Source: a virus. From it: DNA of 64,000 bases. Both the position numbers and the translations under genes were made by a program. Location: positions 96,001 through 160,000 of IMG/VR virus record IMGVR_UViG_3300025141_000025; one strand, 5' to 3'. Every line of letters begins with the position of its first letter. Position 1 is the first letter of the stretch. The notes below the pieces were generated by a model. The model saw only the letters and a list, made by a program, of their open reading frames with translations, was not told the origin of the DNA and searched no databases. Of this stretch, positions 36,153 through 45,519 are shown in pieces.

Positions 36153-36501
36153 TTTTTACCTCTTTTAGTTTTTTCTCTAAAAGAGATTCAAATGTTTCAG
36201 ATTCGTTGTTCACGGATTCCAAAATGAGGCAATCTTCAAATCCACCATTTTTATCTTTTTTATCTTGGGCAGCAAACACAACATCACAAAAGTTGATGTT
36301 GTGTAATTTCAAAATTGTAAGAAAAACTTCGTATATGTCACCTGCCTCTTCTAAGCATGGTGTATCAATAAACTCATCAAATTCTTCACGCAGCTTTTCA
36401 TATAAACGAAGTTTAAATTCATCATGTTCGGCCACATGATATTCACATGTCTTCCCATCTCTTTCAATGATTTTAGGGATGTAATCTCTAACGAGTTTCA
36501 T
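36139..36501 (-). CDS. MazG-like nucleoside triphosphate pyrophosphohydrolase (PRA-PH-like)
   Basis: MKLVRDYIPKII, KLREEFDE, EEAGDIYEV, KNGGF. Confidence 0.85.
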   Translation of the reverse strand: MKLVRDYIPKIIERDGKTCEYHVAEHDEFKLRLYEKLREEFDEFIDTPCLEEAGDIYEVFLTILKLHNINFCDVVFAAQDKKDKNGGFEDCLILESVNNESETFESLLEKKLKEVKNGIS

Positions 36502-36685
36502 GAATAATCATAGCCTCATCAGAAAATATTGTTTCAATATCGCCGGAATCCCACAGAACATCAACCCGTGAAGGAACAATTTCATTGCCCTCCCAAATTT
36601 CATCCATTTTAACAACCATACCCCAGCTATCTAATCGTGTAAGATACATTTCGTCGGTGTAGGCAATTAGATCTCCAATTTTCAT
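36488..36685 (-). CDS. MKVGDLV mini-protein
   Basis: MKIGDLI...HETR. Confidence 0.7.
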   Translation of the reverse strand: MKIGDLIAYTDEMYLTRLDSWGMVVKMDEIWEGNEIVPSRVDVLWDSGDIETIFSDEAMIIHETR

Positions 36686-36951
36686 CTGTTGTTTTTCTCA
36701 AAATATGACGGCGCCAATACAATAACAATTGTTACAATTCCCATAATCACAAAAATCATCCCATCAGTTGGAACTTGCGATGCAGCAATATCAGCTGCCT
36801 GAGTTATGTCATGGTAAAATTTCCACATTAAATTACCCCCACACCATCCATCCTACAATCGATCCAATTATAATTCCAAAAAGAAACACAGATAAAAGCT
36901 GTCCTGCGTAGTACCTTGTTTCCGCAGTTCTCAATTCTTCAGCCAAATCTT

Positions 36952-37206
36952 TCATGAAATAACCTCCAGGTCATGAGCCTTAAAATATTCAGGTAAACTA
37001 TCAGTCCAACAAACCATCACTCGGTCTTGTTTTCCATTCTTTGTTGGACCATATCCATCAACCATTCCTGGTCTAATACATTTTCCGCGAGGGATTTTCT
37101 TGTAAATCTTGAATGCCTGTCCCGCTCCGTAGTAGTCAACATCAATTTTTTCGACGATCCCGCAGCGGCCAGTCGTTACTTCCCTAACCAGGTCACCGAC
37201 TTTCAT
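36952..37206 (-). CDS. MKVGDLV mini-protein
   Basis: MKVGDLV...LEVIS. Confidence 0.75.
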   Translation of the reverse strand: MKVGDLVREVTTGRCGIVEKIDVDYYGAGQAFKIYKKIPRGKCIRPGMVDGYGPTKNGKQDRVMVCWTDSLPEYFKAHDLEVIS

Positions 37207-37284
37207 AGTATGTACGACAATATAACCAGAATCGCCGATATCATCCCTGCAATACTAATGTTTTTAGTTATGCAGATCTTTTTC

Positions 37285-37470
37285 TTACATTGCTTCATTA
37301 ATCACCATACACGCGTCTGCATCCCACCAATCCTCACCCCACTCTCCCATGACCATAACTGCAGTGTCACCAGTGGGCATGCTGGGTTCGTCCCCCACGT
37401 GTTTGACGACTTTGATCGCAATTGCGTAACCTTCGCCCTGAGGTAGTCTGATCAGGTCACCGACTTTCAA
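37285..37470 (-). CDS. MKVGDLV mini-protein
   Basis: MKVGDLI. Confidence 0.7.
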   Translation of the reverse strand: MKVGDLIRLPQGEGYAIAIKVVKHVGDEPSMPTGDTAVMVMGEWGEDWWDADACMVINEAM

Positions 37471-37742
37471 TCGTTTACCTCAATCTCAGTGGTACAAGTC
37501 CTGAGCACATCAAAATCCACATCTAACCAAATCTCGGTCGGCTCATCAGAGTCCTTCATTTTGCAAAACCACTGTGTACGCATTTCTACGTCATTGTGGG
37601 GAAACTGCATGCCTAGCACATGCGTCCCGGCTGGATCTACTGATTGGACAAAACGATCTTCATACACACTCCTGTTACGACCCGATGCGTTTGTCACAAG
37701 GTGCATGATTCCCGGTGTGTTAGTTACTGTTGCTTTCATCAA
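37467..37742 (-). CDS. hypothetical protein
   Basis: 91 aa, coupled. Confidence 0.65.
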   Translation of the reverse strand: MMKATVTNTPGIMHLVTNASGRNRSVYEDRFVQSVDPAGTHVLGMQFPHNDVEMRTQWFCKMKDSDEPTEIWLDVDFDVLRTCTTEIEVND

Positions 37743-37911
37743 TTACCTCTAATCGCCAGTTATACGTAAATTGTTCTTCACAGTCAAAAGTAGGCCATGA
37801 AACTTTAACACGATAAGTTACACTGTCATGAATGTTAGGATCACACCAAGTTATGATACCCGGGCCGCCCGCATGCCCAACTTTACGCTTCACCAAATCG
37901 CCCACTTTCAT
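37720..37911 (-). CDS. MKVGDLV mini-protein
   Basis: MKVGDLV...LEVIDES. Confidence 0.7.
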   Translation of the reverse strand: MKVGDLVKRKVGHAGGPGIITWCDPNIHDSVTYRVKVSWPTFDCEEQFTYNWRLEVIDESNSN

Positions 37912-37989
37912 ATTGACATCAAAATCATCGTACCGATTGTGCCTATGATGGTAAAGGCTAAACCCCAACCAAAGACGTAGTAAATCATA

Positions 37990-38229
37990 TTACGAACCCG
38001 CATTTAGCACCTCGCAACTATCTTCGTGAACCATGGTTGTCTTAGTACCAAACATTACATACCAGTAGTTGTCGTCGGTGATCGTCACGTTCCCAAACGC
38101 CGTGTACTTGCCGTAGAGCCCCAGCAGCTCCACGTCGAAGACCAGGGTGCCGTAGGGGCCACCGGGCCGCCCGACCACAATGCCAAAATCCTTGCCCCAC
38201 TTGTGTTTAATTAAATCACCGACTTTCAA
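37990..38229 (-). CDS. MKVGDLV mini-protein
   Basis: TTG start, KVGDLI. Confidence 0.7.
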   Translation of the reverse strand: MKVGDLIKHKWGKDFGIVVGRPGGPYGTLVFDVELLGLYGKYTAFGNVTITDDNYWYVMFGTKTTMVHEDSCEVLNAGS

Positions 38230-38281
38230 TCCATGTTCTCCATGTAACATAACATAAAGAAGAATACTAGTAGCAACAATA

Positions 38282-38491
38282 TCATGCTAGCACCTCCAAT
38301 GCGGTATACGCTAGGGGATGTTCATATCCTCCGAGTTGCGGAAACATAACTTTCGGTGTGCCATAACTGCTAATGCTCACGATGATACCCAACTCGCCCT
38401 TGATCTTATGCTCCATGCGAATAGCGATATCATTTTCTACCCGTGAAGTTTTGGGTTGAAAAATGCATTTGACGAGGTCACCGACTTTCAA
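38282..38491 (-). CDS. MKVGDLV mini-protein
   Basis: TTG start, KVGDLV...LEVLA. Confidence 0.7.
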   Translation of the reverse strand: MKVGDLVKCIFQPKTSRVENDIAIRMEHKIKGELGIIVSISSYGTPKVMFPQLGGYEHPLAYTALEVLA

Positions 38492-38702
38492 CAGTATACC
38501 ACCCAGGAGCGTCATTTGACGTCTTGCTAAGATGAATGATTCGATTACCCATGGGTTTTAGAAAATCCTGGTGAATCTGATCGTATCCAGAATATCCCTT
38601 TGACTGTAGAATCACATCTGCAGGTAGAGAAATTTTACCTTCCTCATAATACGAAATGTCAAAATTGTAACATTGCTCTCTGTCCAAATAAATTTGTTTC
38701 AC
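38478..38702 (-). CDS. hypothetical protein
   Basis: Ends VESR in the 14-bp junction. Confidence 0.6.
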   Translation of the reverse strand: MKQIYLDREQCYNFDISYYEEGKISLPADVILQSKGYSGYDQIHQDFLKPMGNRIIHLSKTSNDAPGWYTVESR

Positions 38703-38893
38703 TTGAGTACCTCCGCAGTTCTTTTGAGCATGTGTTCAGTCATCCAAGTGTAGCCATTAGCGCATGGTGTATCTTTCAGGACATCACCAAGAACATGAAG
38801 GCTCATTGATGTATACCCACCCTCCTCAGAGGTTTCAAGAATTAAGGCAATCGCCCCAGTCTTATTGAACTTTACCAGGTCACCGGTTTTCAT
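38699..38893 (-). CDS. MKVGDLV mini-protein
   Basis: MKTGDLV. Confidence 0.7.
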   Translation of the reverse strand: MKTGDLVKFNKTGAIALILETSEEGGYTSMSLHVLGDVLKDTPCANGYTWMTEHMLKRTAEVLK

Positions 38894-39087
38894 GATCTTG
38901 TCGTCTTCTCCGCTCGACATACCTCATCAGCCTCGAGGCGACGTTTCATCTCGCAACCTTCTTCGTAACTGTTAACAGGACAGAGCATACCGCCGCCAAC
39001 AAAGTACCACCCATCCTTTCGCTGGGTGACTCGATAGGGACCGTCGGTATCGAATGATACGCCATCTGTGAATGTCAGTTTACTCAT
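38890..39087 (-). CDS. hypothetical, paralog of 40283..40477
   Basis: DGWYFVGGGMLCPV. Confidence 0.7.
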   Translation of the reverse strand: MSKLTFTDGVSFDTDGPYRVTQRKDGWYFVGGGMLCPVNSYEEGCEMKRRLEADEVCRAEKTTRS

Positions 39088-39431
39088 TACGCAGCACGCT
39101 CTTCAAACTTTGCCATGTACACCTCCTTAAACCAGGCATCGTGCCCGGCCTTGGTGGTGGGATACCCATCCTGCTTGAGCCACTTCTTGATGTGGGGGAG
39201 GAGATAGCCCGTCGACTCAGCAATGTTGAGGGGACCCTTGCCAGCATCCAGCTCAGCGAAGTAATCCTCGACCGTCCAGTTCTTTCGAAGGTGAGTCATG
39301 AAAGAACCGATGCCACCCACGCGCTTGAACCGAGCCACGAACTTGGCATCAGGGGCATAGGGGTTGCCGGTCGGGCTGTAGAAGACGTACGCCCCGTCTT
39401 TGACGAGATTCTCTTTAGTGAAGCGAGTCAT
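39087..39431 (-). CDS. hypothetical early protein
   Basis: Start MTRF after promoter and leader hairpin. Confidence 0.75.
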   Translation of the reverse strand: MTRFTKENLVKDGAYVFYSPTGNPYAPDAKFVARFKRVGGIGSFMTHLRKNWTVEDYFAELDAGKGPLNIAESTGYLLPHIKKWLKQDGYPTTKAGHDAWFKEVYMAKFEERAA

Positions 39432-39474
39432 GTTTTTCCTTTGTCTTTCGGGGGCCATCCCCACCAGACATTTA

Positions 39475-39508
39475 TATTATACCACAGTAAGGGGAGACTT
39501 ACACAGAA
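39475..39508 (-). promoter_or_regulatory. early-type promoter
   Basis: GTGTAA-GTCTCCCCTTACTGTGG-TATAAT. Confidence 0.8.
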
Positions 39509-39521
39509 CCGCATAAACTTG

Positions 39522-39701
39522 CTAATTTGTGTTTATGGATTTAAGTTGTAAATCTGAATACCATCCTACTTCATAGGGGGTTGAGCAAACAACTTCATAC
39601 ATCGACCATCCATCCTCGCATAGAAGAATATCGGTAACGATACCCACCATTTCCACTGTATAAAGCGGTGAGTCATATTGTACTAAATCACCGATTTTCA
39701 C
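39522..39701 (-). CDS. MKVGDLV mini-protein (59 aa, not in ORF track)
   Basis: GTG start, KIGDLVQYDSPLYTVEMVGIVTD... Confidence 0.7.
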   Translation of the reverse strand: MKIGDLVQYDSPLYTVEMVGIVTDILLCEDGWSMYEVVCSTPYEVGWYSDLQLKSINTN

Positions 39702-39912
39702 TTATCACCTGCATTTCAGCCCCGTAAAGCCTCCACTCACCTACATCAAACAGTACAGACCAATACCCTGCGGAATGTTTTACTCCCTTTTCATTCAATC
39801 TTTCAATTATGACACCTATTCGATTGCTGCCATGCGCGCAAAAAAAACAAAAACAATGGGGATCACCAACACAATGAGGGTCTTGGGCCTCTATAAGATC
39901 ACCGACTTTCAT
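39688..39912 (-). CDS. MKVGDLV mini-protein with Cys/His insert
   Basis: MKVGDLI...HCVGDPHCFCFFC...ISENR. Confidence 0.7.
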   Translation of the reverse strand: MKVGDLIEAQDPHCVGDPHCFCFFCAHGSNRIGVIIERLNEKGVKHSAGYWSVLFDVGEWRLYGAEMQVISENR

Positions 39913-40093
39913 AGTATCTTTTCCAGGCTCTTTCAAAAGCATAATGGCATATAGTCAACAGGGCGTGAAGAAATACTGTAATGCCTGTTGCAGACTTTAT
40001 ATCTCCCGTAACAGCGCTGACAACAATTAAAGTTATCATGATAGAAATTAGTCGCCACAAGGCAACTTTTTTTGCCAAATTATCGACTTTCAC
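39899..40093 (-). CDS. DUF2061-like small membrane protein
   Basis: KVALWRLIS...TGD...HYAFERAW. Confidence 0.65.
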   Translation of the reverse strand: MKVDNLAKKVALWRLISIMITLIVVSAVTGDIKSATGITVFLHALLTICHYAFERAWKRYYESR

Positions 40094-40283
40094 TTATCAC
40101 ACTGATCCATTTTTCATGCATGTCAACAATTCTTTTTTCATAGGGGTCATACATTTCGTACAGTCGACCCAGTACAACCCCTGTAGGGTTAGGGATGTTA
40201 TTTTCTCGCCCGGGATCTTCCCCAATAATCAAATACACACCCGCTTGTGCAGGTTTCACCGTAACGAGATCGCCGATATCCAT
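40080..40283 (-). CDS. MKVGDLV mini-protein
   Basis: MDIGDLV...ISESR. Confidence 0.7.
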   Translation of the reverse strand: MDIGDLVTVKPAQAGVYLIIGEDPGRENNIPNPTGVVLGRLYEMYDPYEKRIVDMHEKWISVISESR

Positions 40284-40477
40284 TAGTCGCAAACAGCTTC
40301 GTTTTTCAAACGATCGATTGATCGCATTTCAGCGATCACTTGCTGACCTTCATCGTAACCCCTAACAGGGCACAACATTCCTTTACCAACAACGTACCAC
40401 CCATCATGACGATGTGTTAGATGATAATCGCCTGTCGTTTCAAACTCAATTCCGTCACTAAGCCTAATTTTTTCCAC
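40283..40477 (-). CDS. hypothetical, paralog of 38890..39087
   Basis: DGWYVVGKGMLCPV. Confidence 0.7.
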   Translation of the reverse strand: MEKIRLSDGIEFETTGDYHLTHRHDGWYVVGKGMLCPVRGYDEGQQVIAEMRSIDRLKNEAVCD

Positions 40478-40590
40478 GAGCGAACCTCTTTTTATTTCTA
40501 TATTCTCGATATCTCAACCATAATTCAGCAGGTAAAAGTACCGGTAAGCACAAAATTAAACATGCCATGATAAGACCTGACAAAACATAA

Positions 40591-40788
40591 TCACCGATCC
40601 GCATTGATAACCTCTAGTGATCTTACACTAACACCTTCAAATACCTGTGTGCCAAAGATAACAGTGGCGACCTGAAATGGAAACATTGGAGTGGGCTCTG
40701 ATAGTTCTGATATCACGCCAACACTTTTATCATTTGTCATCCACAAATCATATCCCCTTTGAAACCTAACAAGATCACCAATTTTCAT
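40591..40788 (-). CDS. MKVGDLV mini-protein
   Basis: MKIGDLV...LEVINADR. Confidence 0.75.
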   Translation of the reverse strand: MKIGDLVRFQRGYDLWMTNDKSVGVISELSEPTPMFPFQVATVIFGTQVFEGVSVRSLEVINADR

Positions 40789-41048
40789 GGTATGCTTACA
40801 CCTTTTCTGATCACATCAAATTCACTCCTGCAATTGTGAATATTGACGCCGGCGTAGCCATGTTTCTCATTATATTGTCTAGGTGGGTCGGTCGACCATT
40901 CAATCAAAACATTACGTTGGTGTCCCCAATTATCGAGATGGATGTCTAACACAATCCCTACATGTTTCTTGCTTTTATTATGACATTCACATACGGGACC
41001 CACACCAGCCTGACACGTGACAACCAACATGTCACCAATTTGAGGCAT
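40785..41048 (-). CDS. MKVGDLV-like mini-protein
   Basis: MPQIGDML...GIVLD. Confidence 0.65.
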   Translation of the reverse strand: MPQIGDMLVVTCQAGVGPVCECHNKSKKHVGIVLDIHLDNWGHQRNVLIEWSTDPPRQYNEKHGYAGVNIHNCRSEFDVIRKGVSIP

Positions 41049-41062
41049 TCTACTTTGTCTTT

Positions 41063-41929
41063 TTAGGACCATACACCTGTCGCTTCCGAACTGTAATATT
41101 CAATATTGTTAGATTTGTTATCAAGTACAACTACTGCATAACCGCTTGAATTTCCTAATCCCGCCTGTATTCTTGTATTTCGATCGACAGTGCAATCACA
41201 CATTAAATGAGGAATTCCTGCGCGCAGCATAAGTCCATGTCCATTTAGACGATTATCGTGACCATGAACAATGTATTGTACACCCATCTTCTTGAAAATA
41301 CGGGCACCTGCATCCGTTAATGGGTAATCTCTTTCTCTGTATTTAGTGCGAAAAACGGTGCCAAACGGACCATAATAAAAGCTATAAAGACCCTCTTTGT
41401 CATTTTTTTGTTCTAAAAATTTTGCCTGTAAAATGTCAGGTGTAATTTTTTTCATGGCTACTGCCAGTTCATCACCAACACCTGCATGAACAAAAAGGGC
41501 ACCGTTATCGTAATGAAATAGATACAATGATTCAAAAAACCATCCAAATTTTCCGGATGGATTCAAGAACATTTCCTTCGCGGCGTCGATGCCTCCACAC
41601 TCATCAAGAAAAGGCGTAATTCTTTTTTTGTATCTCTTAGGGGTAAAAATTTTTTCTAGTCGAGGGTCTGATTGGTTCTCCCAATTTTGTAGCACCATCA
41701 ACATGCGCAAGTCGTGATTTCCAGCGAGGAGCTTTACTTCAACCCGTTCAGATAGTTTTTTGATTTCAGAAAGTAGTTTAAGATTGCTAGGACCTTTATC
41801 TAAACAATCTCCCCCAATGAGATATAACGCATCTTCATCATCACAGTATTGCAGTGATTTAACAAATGCGTCTCGATCAGCATGTAAATCAGTAAAAAAA
41901 TAAGTTTTTCTTTTTACAAGCGTGTTCAT
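41063..41929 (-). CDS. calcineurin-like metallophosphoesterase
   Basis: TDLH, GDCLDKG, GNHD, HAG, HGH. Confidence 0.85.
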   Translation of the reverse strand: MNTLVKRKTYFFTDLHADRDAFVKSLQYCDDEDALYLIGGDCLDKGPSNLKLLSEIKKLSERVEVKLLAGNHDLRMLMVLQNWENQSDPRLEKIFTPKRYKKRITPFLDECGGIDAAKEMFLNPSGKFGWFFESLYLFHYDNGALFVHAGVGDELAVAMKKITPDILQAKFLEQKNDKEGLYSFYYGPFGTVFRTKYRERDYPLTDAGARIFKKMGVQYIVHGHDNRLNGHGLMLRAGIPHLMCDCTVDRNTRIQAGLGNSSGYAVVVLDNKSNNIEYYSSEATGVWS

Positions 41930-41948
41930 CAGAGTTTCAAACCCTTAC

Positions 41949-42215
41949 TCACCATTCCCAGCCCATTAGGGCACAAACTTCCTGGAAAAAGTCATCGTAA
42001 TGTCCAGGGTAGTTATAATCACGGATTGACTGCCACTTGATTCCATCTCCATTTTCATCAACTTCAATAGGATCCCCACAGTAGACCGCTTCGCCGCCGT
42101 CCCCGCCATTCGCCATGTCGGCGTATTGCCATTTAACCTCCCTGAGCATTGAGCTGTTCGGGACACTTTCTTCCATCACCTTATAATGAAGCACAGTTTC
42201 TAATGCTGATTTCAT
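41949..42215 (-). CDS. hypothetical protein
   Basis: 88 aa; SD GGAG. Confidence 0.6.
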   Translation of the reverse strand: MKSALETVLHYKVMEESVPNSSMLREVKWQYADMANGGDGGEAVYCGDPIEVDENGDGIKWQSIRDYNYPGHYDDFFQEVCALMGWEW

Positions 42216-42371
42216 TTAGCACTCCACACACTGGTCGGTACAAACGTCATGTTCAGTTTTCTCTTCACAACCATGACAATAAGTAACGTAGTATTCATCA
42301 TTTCCGCCACGATCCTCATCATGACAGTCATCATCGTAGTGATCATAATTTGACCAACCCATTATTTTCTC

Positions 42372-42584
42372 CTATTTACCAAAAATTTGAATCATGTGTA
42401 GAATGTTGGGGTGCGCAGTAGCCTTCCAGCCCTTAAGCATTCCGATCAGCTTTACAGCGCTATCGGTGCTCTCCTGGTTCTGGAAAGTAACAAGCCAGCC
42501 ATCAGTTCCGCCTAGCTCTTCCACGCCACCAAAAGCCTTGATGATGTGATTGACTGCTTTGACCGGGGCATCTGGATACGTCAT
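42372..42584 (-). CDS. hypothetical protein
   Basis: SD TAAGGAG. Confidence 0.65.
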   Translation of the reverse strand: MTYPDAPVKAVNHIIKAFGGVEELGGTDGWLVTFQNQESTDSAVKLIGMLKGWKATAHPNILHMIQIFGK

Positions 42585-42596
42585 CTTCTTTTCTCC

Positions 42597-42854
42597 TTAG
42601 GTTAGTTCGACCGAGTTCGTTTCGCCACCCATCAGTTTCCGTGTACCGTTTACCGGCGGGTAAACCTTTTTCGGCCAAGCATCACGCTCCTCACCACCAA
42701 AGACAGCGCGTTCGACTGCGATAACATATCGATCGCAGCCACCGTGAGGCTCGATTCCAATAACTTCGCCTTCCACATAACAGGCTCGTTCACCTGTAAG
42801 GTCGCGACAATAATCGAAATCAAAGGAGCGAACTTTAGAACCGACTTGAATCAT
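42597..42854 (-). CDS. SH3-like early protein
   Basis: MIQVGSKV; follows promoter and leader hairpin. Confidence 0.7.
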   Translation of the reverse strand: MIQVGSKVRSFDFDYCRDLTGERACYVEGEVIGIEPHGGCDRYVIAVERAVFGGEERDAWPKKVYPPVNGTRKLMGGETNSVELT

Positions 42855-42897
42855 GATTTTTCCTTGTCTTTCGGAGTCCATCCCCTCGAGACATTAG

Positions 42898-42931
42898 TAT
42901 TATACCACAAGATAAGCTTGCTTACACAGAA
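42898..42931 (-). promoter_or_regulatory. early-type promoter
   Basis: GTGTAA-GCAAGCTTATCTTGTGG-TATAAT. Confidence 0.8.
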
Positions 42932-43081
42932 GTGGTTGATTATTGTAATTTTATCATTTGTGGAAGCACATAACCATAATCATCAGAACTCTCCCACCGA
43001 ACCAGGATCGTTCCCTGGAATGCTTGAAAACTGATAATCACTCCTTTTCCAAGGGACGGATTGTTTTTGTGGATAACGATA

Positions 43082-43342
43082 TCACCGATTTTCATTGTAA
43101 TTAAATCCCACTTTTGTTAGTTCACTTTCATACGCGTGAAAATCAACATCTTCACACAACACATCAAAAACCTTCTCACCTAAAAGCTCTGCTTCAACTG
43201 GACCTTCTCCAAACTCGTATTCTTTTATCACAAGCATGGGGGTTTTATTTTTTGCACAGTTTTTCAGCCACAAGGTGTGATCTCTTCTTATCGCCGATAT
43301 TTTAAATCGAACTAAATCACCAGTTTTTATAAAATGTTTCAA
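43082..43342 (-). CDS. MKVGDLV-like mini-protein
   Basis: IKTGDLV...YNENR. Confidence 0.65.
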   Translation of the reverse strand: MKHFIKTGDLVRFKISAIRRDHTLWLKNCAKNKTPMLVIKEYEFGEGPVEAELLGEKVFDVLCEDVDFHAYESELTKVGFNYNENR

Positions 43343-43443
43343 GCTTATAGTCCCAAAAAACGAAATGGAAAAGTTATGACCGTGAATGCGAGCTTTATGA
43401 TTGCAAAAAACGATTCAATAAAAAATCTTAAAATATTCATGAT

Positions 43444-43641
43444 CTAAACTACCTCCTCAAGCCAGTCTTCCGGAACATTATGCGTTTCTTGTTTTGTCAC
43501 CCAAAACACAGTGCATCCTCTCATCGTGTACTCCGTCGGATGAGGACCATTCATAACAACTCCAATGCCTTCAGATGCACCACGTCTCCAACTGTATTTT
43601 GATGATGGTCCTTTCATTTGAACTAGATCACCGGCTTTCAT
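43444..43641 (-). CDS. MKVGDLV mini-protein
   Basis: MKAGDLV...LEEVV. Confidence 0.7.
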   Translation of the reverse strand: MKAGDLVQMKGPSSKYSWRRGASEGIGVVMNGPHPTEYTMRGCTVFWVTKQETHNVPEDWLEEVV

Positions 43642-43644
43642 GGG

Positions 43645-43845
43645 TTACCTTCGAAACCTGTCCGGTCCACACACATACACTTTTCTCCCAGTATCTACAT
43701 CTATCATAACTTCACACCTCTCTCCTCGCCAATTGGTAGGTCGATTCGAGCTGGTAGCACTTCTTCCGACACTGGGGTAGCGAACATACCAGGAGCAACC
43801 CGAAAACAGAGTCAAGACAATTATCACAACGACTAGCTTCTTCAT
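43645..43845 (-). CDS. small lipoprotein
   Basis: MKKLVVVIIVLTLFSGC. Confidence 0.65.
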   Translation of the reverse strand: MKKLVVVIIVLTLFSGCSWYVRYPSVGRSATSSNRPTNWRGERCEVMIDVDTGRKVYVCGPDRFRR

Positions 43846-44021
43846 ATAACCTCCACCAGATACTCAATATTGACTTCTTCAGCCCGGATAGGCGTCATGA
43901 CAACATACGTCCCCCAAGTCGTTTCTTCTATAATAACACCGGGCATGCCATCAGGCCAGTCCTCTCGCCAATCATGACGGTGAGCCGGAAAGTCAGACAA
44001 TACCATGTCACCGACTCTCAT
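43842..44021 (-). CDS. MKVGDLV mini-protein (59 aa, not in ORF track)
   Basis: MRVGDMVLSDF...PGVIIE...LVEVI. Confidence 0.7.
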   Translation of the reverse strand: MRVGDMVLSDFPAHRHDWREDWPDGMPGVIIEETTWGTYVVMTPIRAEEVNIEYLVEVI

Positions 44022-44175
44022 TTATTACCTCATAACAACGGGCAGCAATCCATTTATTAGGGTGCTCTGGAAATACTTTAACAAGCGCTTCCCTGTACTT
44101 GTTGGGGTACACGTGTTCAATTATCACTGAGTATTTTCCCGTCCTTATATTAACGACAATATCACCTATCTTCAT
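44008..44175 (-). CDS. MKVGDLV mini-protein (55 aa, not in ORF track)
   Basis: MKIGDIVVNIRTG...YEVINESR. Confidence 0.7.
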   Translation of the reverse strand: MKIGDIVVNIRTGKYSVIIEHVYPNKYREALVKVFPEHPNKWIAARCYEVINESR

Positions 44176-44362
44176 CAAATAAATTCTCTAGTTGCCATGG
44201 ATACCACTGCAAAATTTTACCATCATCATGCATCACTTCGATCATACCGACCACAGTTGAATTAGGACCATGGATAATGGCGTCTAGCACTAGACCATAC
44301 TTTGTAAGAGAACCAGTGCCGAAGCCAGGCGTCTTAGTTTTTACCATGTCACCCATCTTCAT
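44162..44362 (-). CDS. MKVGDLV mini-protein
   Basis: MKMGDMV...DEDR. Confidence 0.7.
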   Translation of the reverse strand: MKMGDMVKTKTPGFGTGSLTKYGLVLDAIIHGPNSTVVGMIEVMHDDGKILQWYPWQLENLFDEDR

Positions 44363-44531
44363 ATTTCAGGTTCCTGTGCAGTTTTTGTGCTTTCATTTCA
44401 AGTTCTTTAACCTCAAGAAATTGATTTCGATTAATTTCATCGCTTCTTAGCAGTTGATGTGCATACCTCACCATTTGCTCAACTTGACACACAACTTCTG
44501 CTGCCTGATTCACGATATCAACCTGTCCCAT
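44349..44531 (-). CDS. hypothetical helical protein
   Basis: Start MGQVD (SD GGAGG). Confidence 0.55.
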   Translation of the reverse strand: MGQVDIVNQAAEVVCQVEQMVRYAHQLLRSDEINRNQFLEVKELEMKAQKLHRNLKYEDG

Positions 44532-44532
44532 A

Positions 44533-44742
44533 TCACACCTCCCGTTCATTGACAACTTCCAATAAACCCTCTTCGATCCATCTCATTCCATCATCAGGCC
44601 AGTAGACCTTATGTTGTGTTAAATTCTGTGTGCCTTCAATATTATGCTCCCATGCTTCATCGCGTGTTTCTATAATAATCCCTCCTGTCCACGGATTATC
44701 AAAACATGAAGGGTTATGATTTACCAAATCACCGACTTGCAT
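44533..44742 (-). CDS. MKVGDLV mini-protein
   Basis: MQVGDLV...LEVVNE. Confidence 0.75.
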   Translation of the reverse strand: MQVGDLVNHNPSCFDNPWTGGIIIETRDEAWEHNIEGTQNLTQHKVYWPDDGMRWIEEGLLEVVNEREV

Positions 44743-44935
44743 TTACAACCTCAAGGTGTTCGGTCTTATAAAGTTTAGCTTCCCCGCTTCCCAATAGAAC
44801 TCGTGAAAACTCTGCGTCAGGACACCCGCTACGATTGGTCATCAATTTTGTTTCTAGGAGAATACCAACCTCACCTTCATGTTCATACGAAGACCACATG
44901 CTCCCCCGCAACAATACTAGATCACCGATTTTCAT
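44729..44935 (-). CDS. MKVGDLV mini-protein
   Basis: MKIGDLV...LEVVNASR. Confidence 0.75.
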   Translation of the reverse strand: MKIGDLVLLRGSMWSSYEHEGEVGILLETKLMTNRSGCPDAEFSRVLLGSGEAKLYKTEHLEVVNASR

Positions 44936-45110
44936 TGACGACCTCGATTATAGAGCACGCGATGCCATAAGTGTTACCATCATTTGTCCAAAGGACGTTT
45001 GCACATTTGTGAGAAGGTTTTCCGGCATGATATAATGCCACAATGAAACCGTACCCTCCACAACCCTGATACTCACCTTTCTTTCTTTTTACCAAATCAC
45101 CGACTTTCAT
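44922..45110 (-). CDS. MKVGDLV mini-protein
   Basis: MKVGDLV...IEVVNENR. Confidence 0.75.
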   Translation of the reverse strand: MKVGDLVKRKKGEYQGCGGYGFIVALYHAGKPSHKCANVLWTNDGNTYGIACSIIEVVNENR

Positions 45111-45319
45111 ACTGCTCTCACCAGGTCACGTTCCTTAACCCACACCGGATTCTTCTCTACCTTGGGTGAGCTCCAATAAACTTGATGACTATTTAGGTCT
45201 CTCCCCCTGAGGCGAACCTGTTCAGTCGACAGGCCATGTATAGAGACCATGGTCTTAGAGTCAAGAATGACTCCGACAAAGAGTCCTGATTTCGTTGTCA
45301 CCAAATCTCCAGGTTTCAA
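45107..45319 (-). CDS. MKVGDLV mini-protein
   Basis: MKPGDLV...HQVYW...WVKERDL. Confidence 0.7.
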   Translation of the reverse strand: MKPGDLVTTKSGLFVGVILDSKTMVSIHGLSTEQVRLRGRDLNSHQVYWSSPKVEKNPVWVKERDLVRAV

Positions 45320-45519
45320 GCCAAAATCTCCAGGTTATGTTCACTCCACGCGAGCTCTTCTCCTGACTCAGGGTAGTGAACTGTGACAAGAAGTTCGTCT
45401 TCTCGCACGCTGGCCCATCGCGACTGGATGCCAACGACAACCCCCATCCAGCCGTGATGTTTAGTGTCTGAACTAGTTCGGACCAATCGCCCAATCTCCA
45501 TGGAATACAAAGGAGTCAT
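45316..45519 (-). CDS. MKVGDLV-like mini-protein
   Basis: MEIGRLV...GVVV...LEILA. Confidence 0.65.
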   Translation of the reverse strand: MTPLYSMEIGRLVRTSSDTKHHGWMGVVVGIQSRWASVREDELLVTVHYPESGEELAWSEHNLEILA

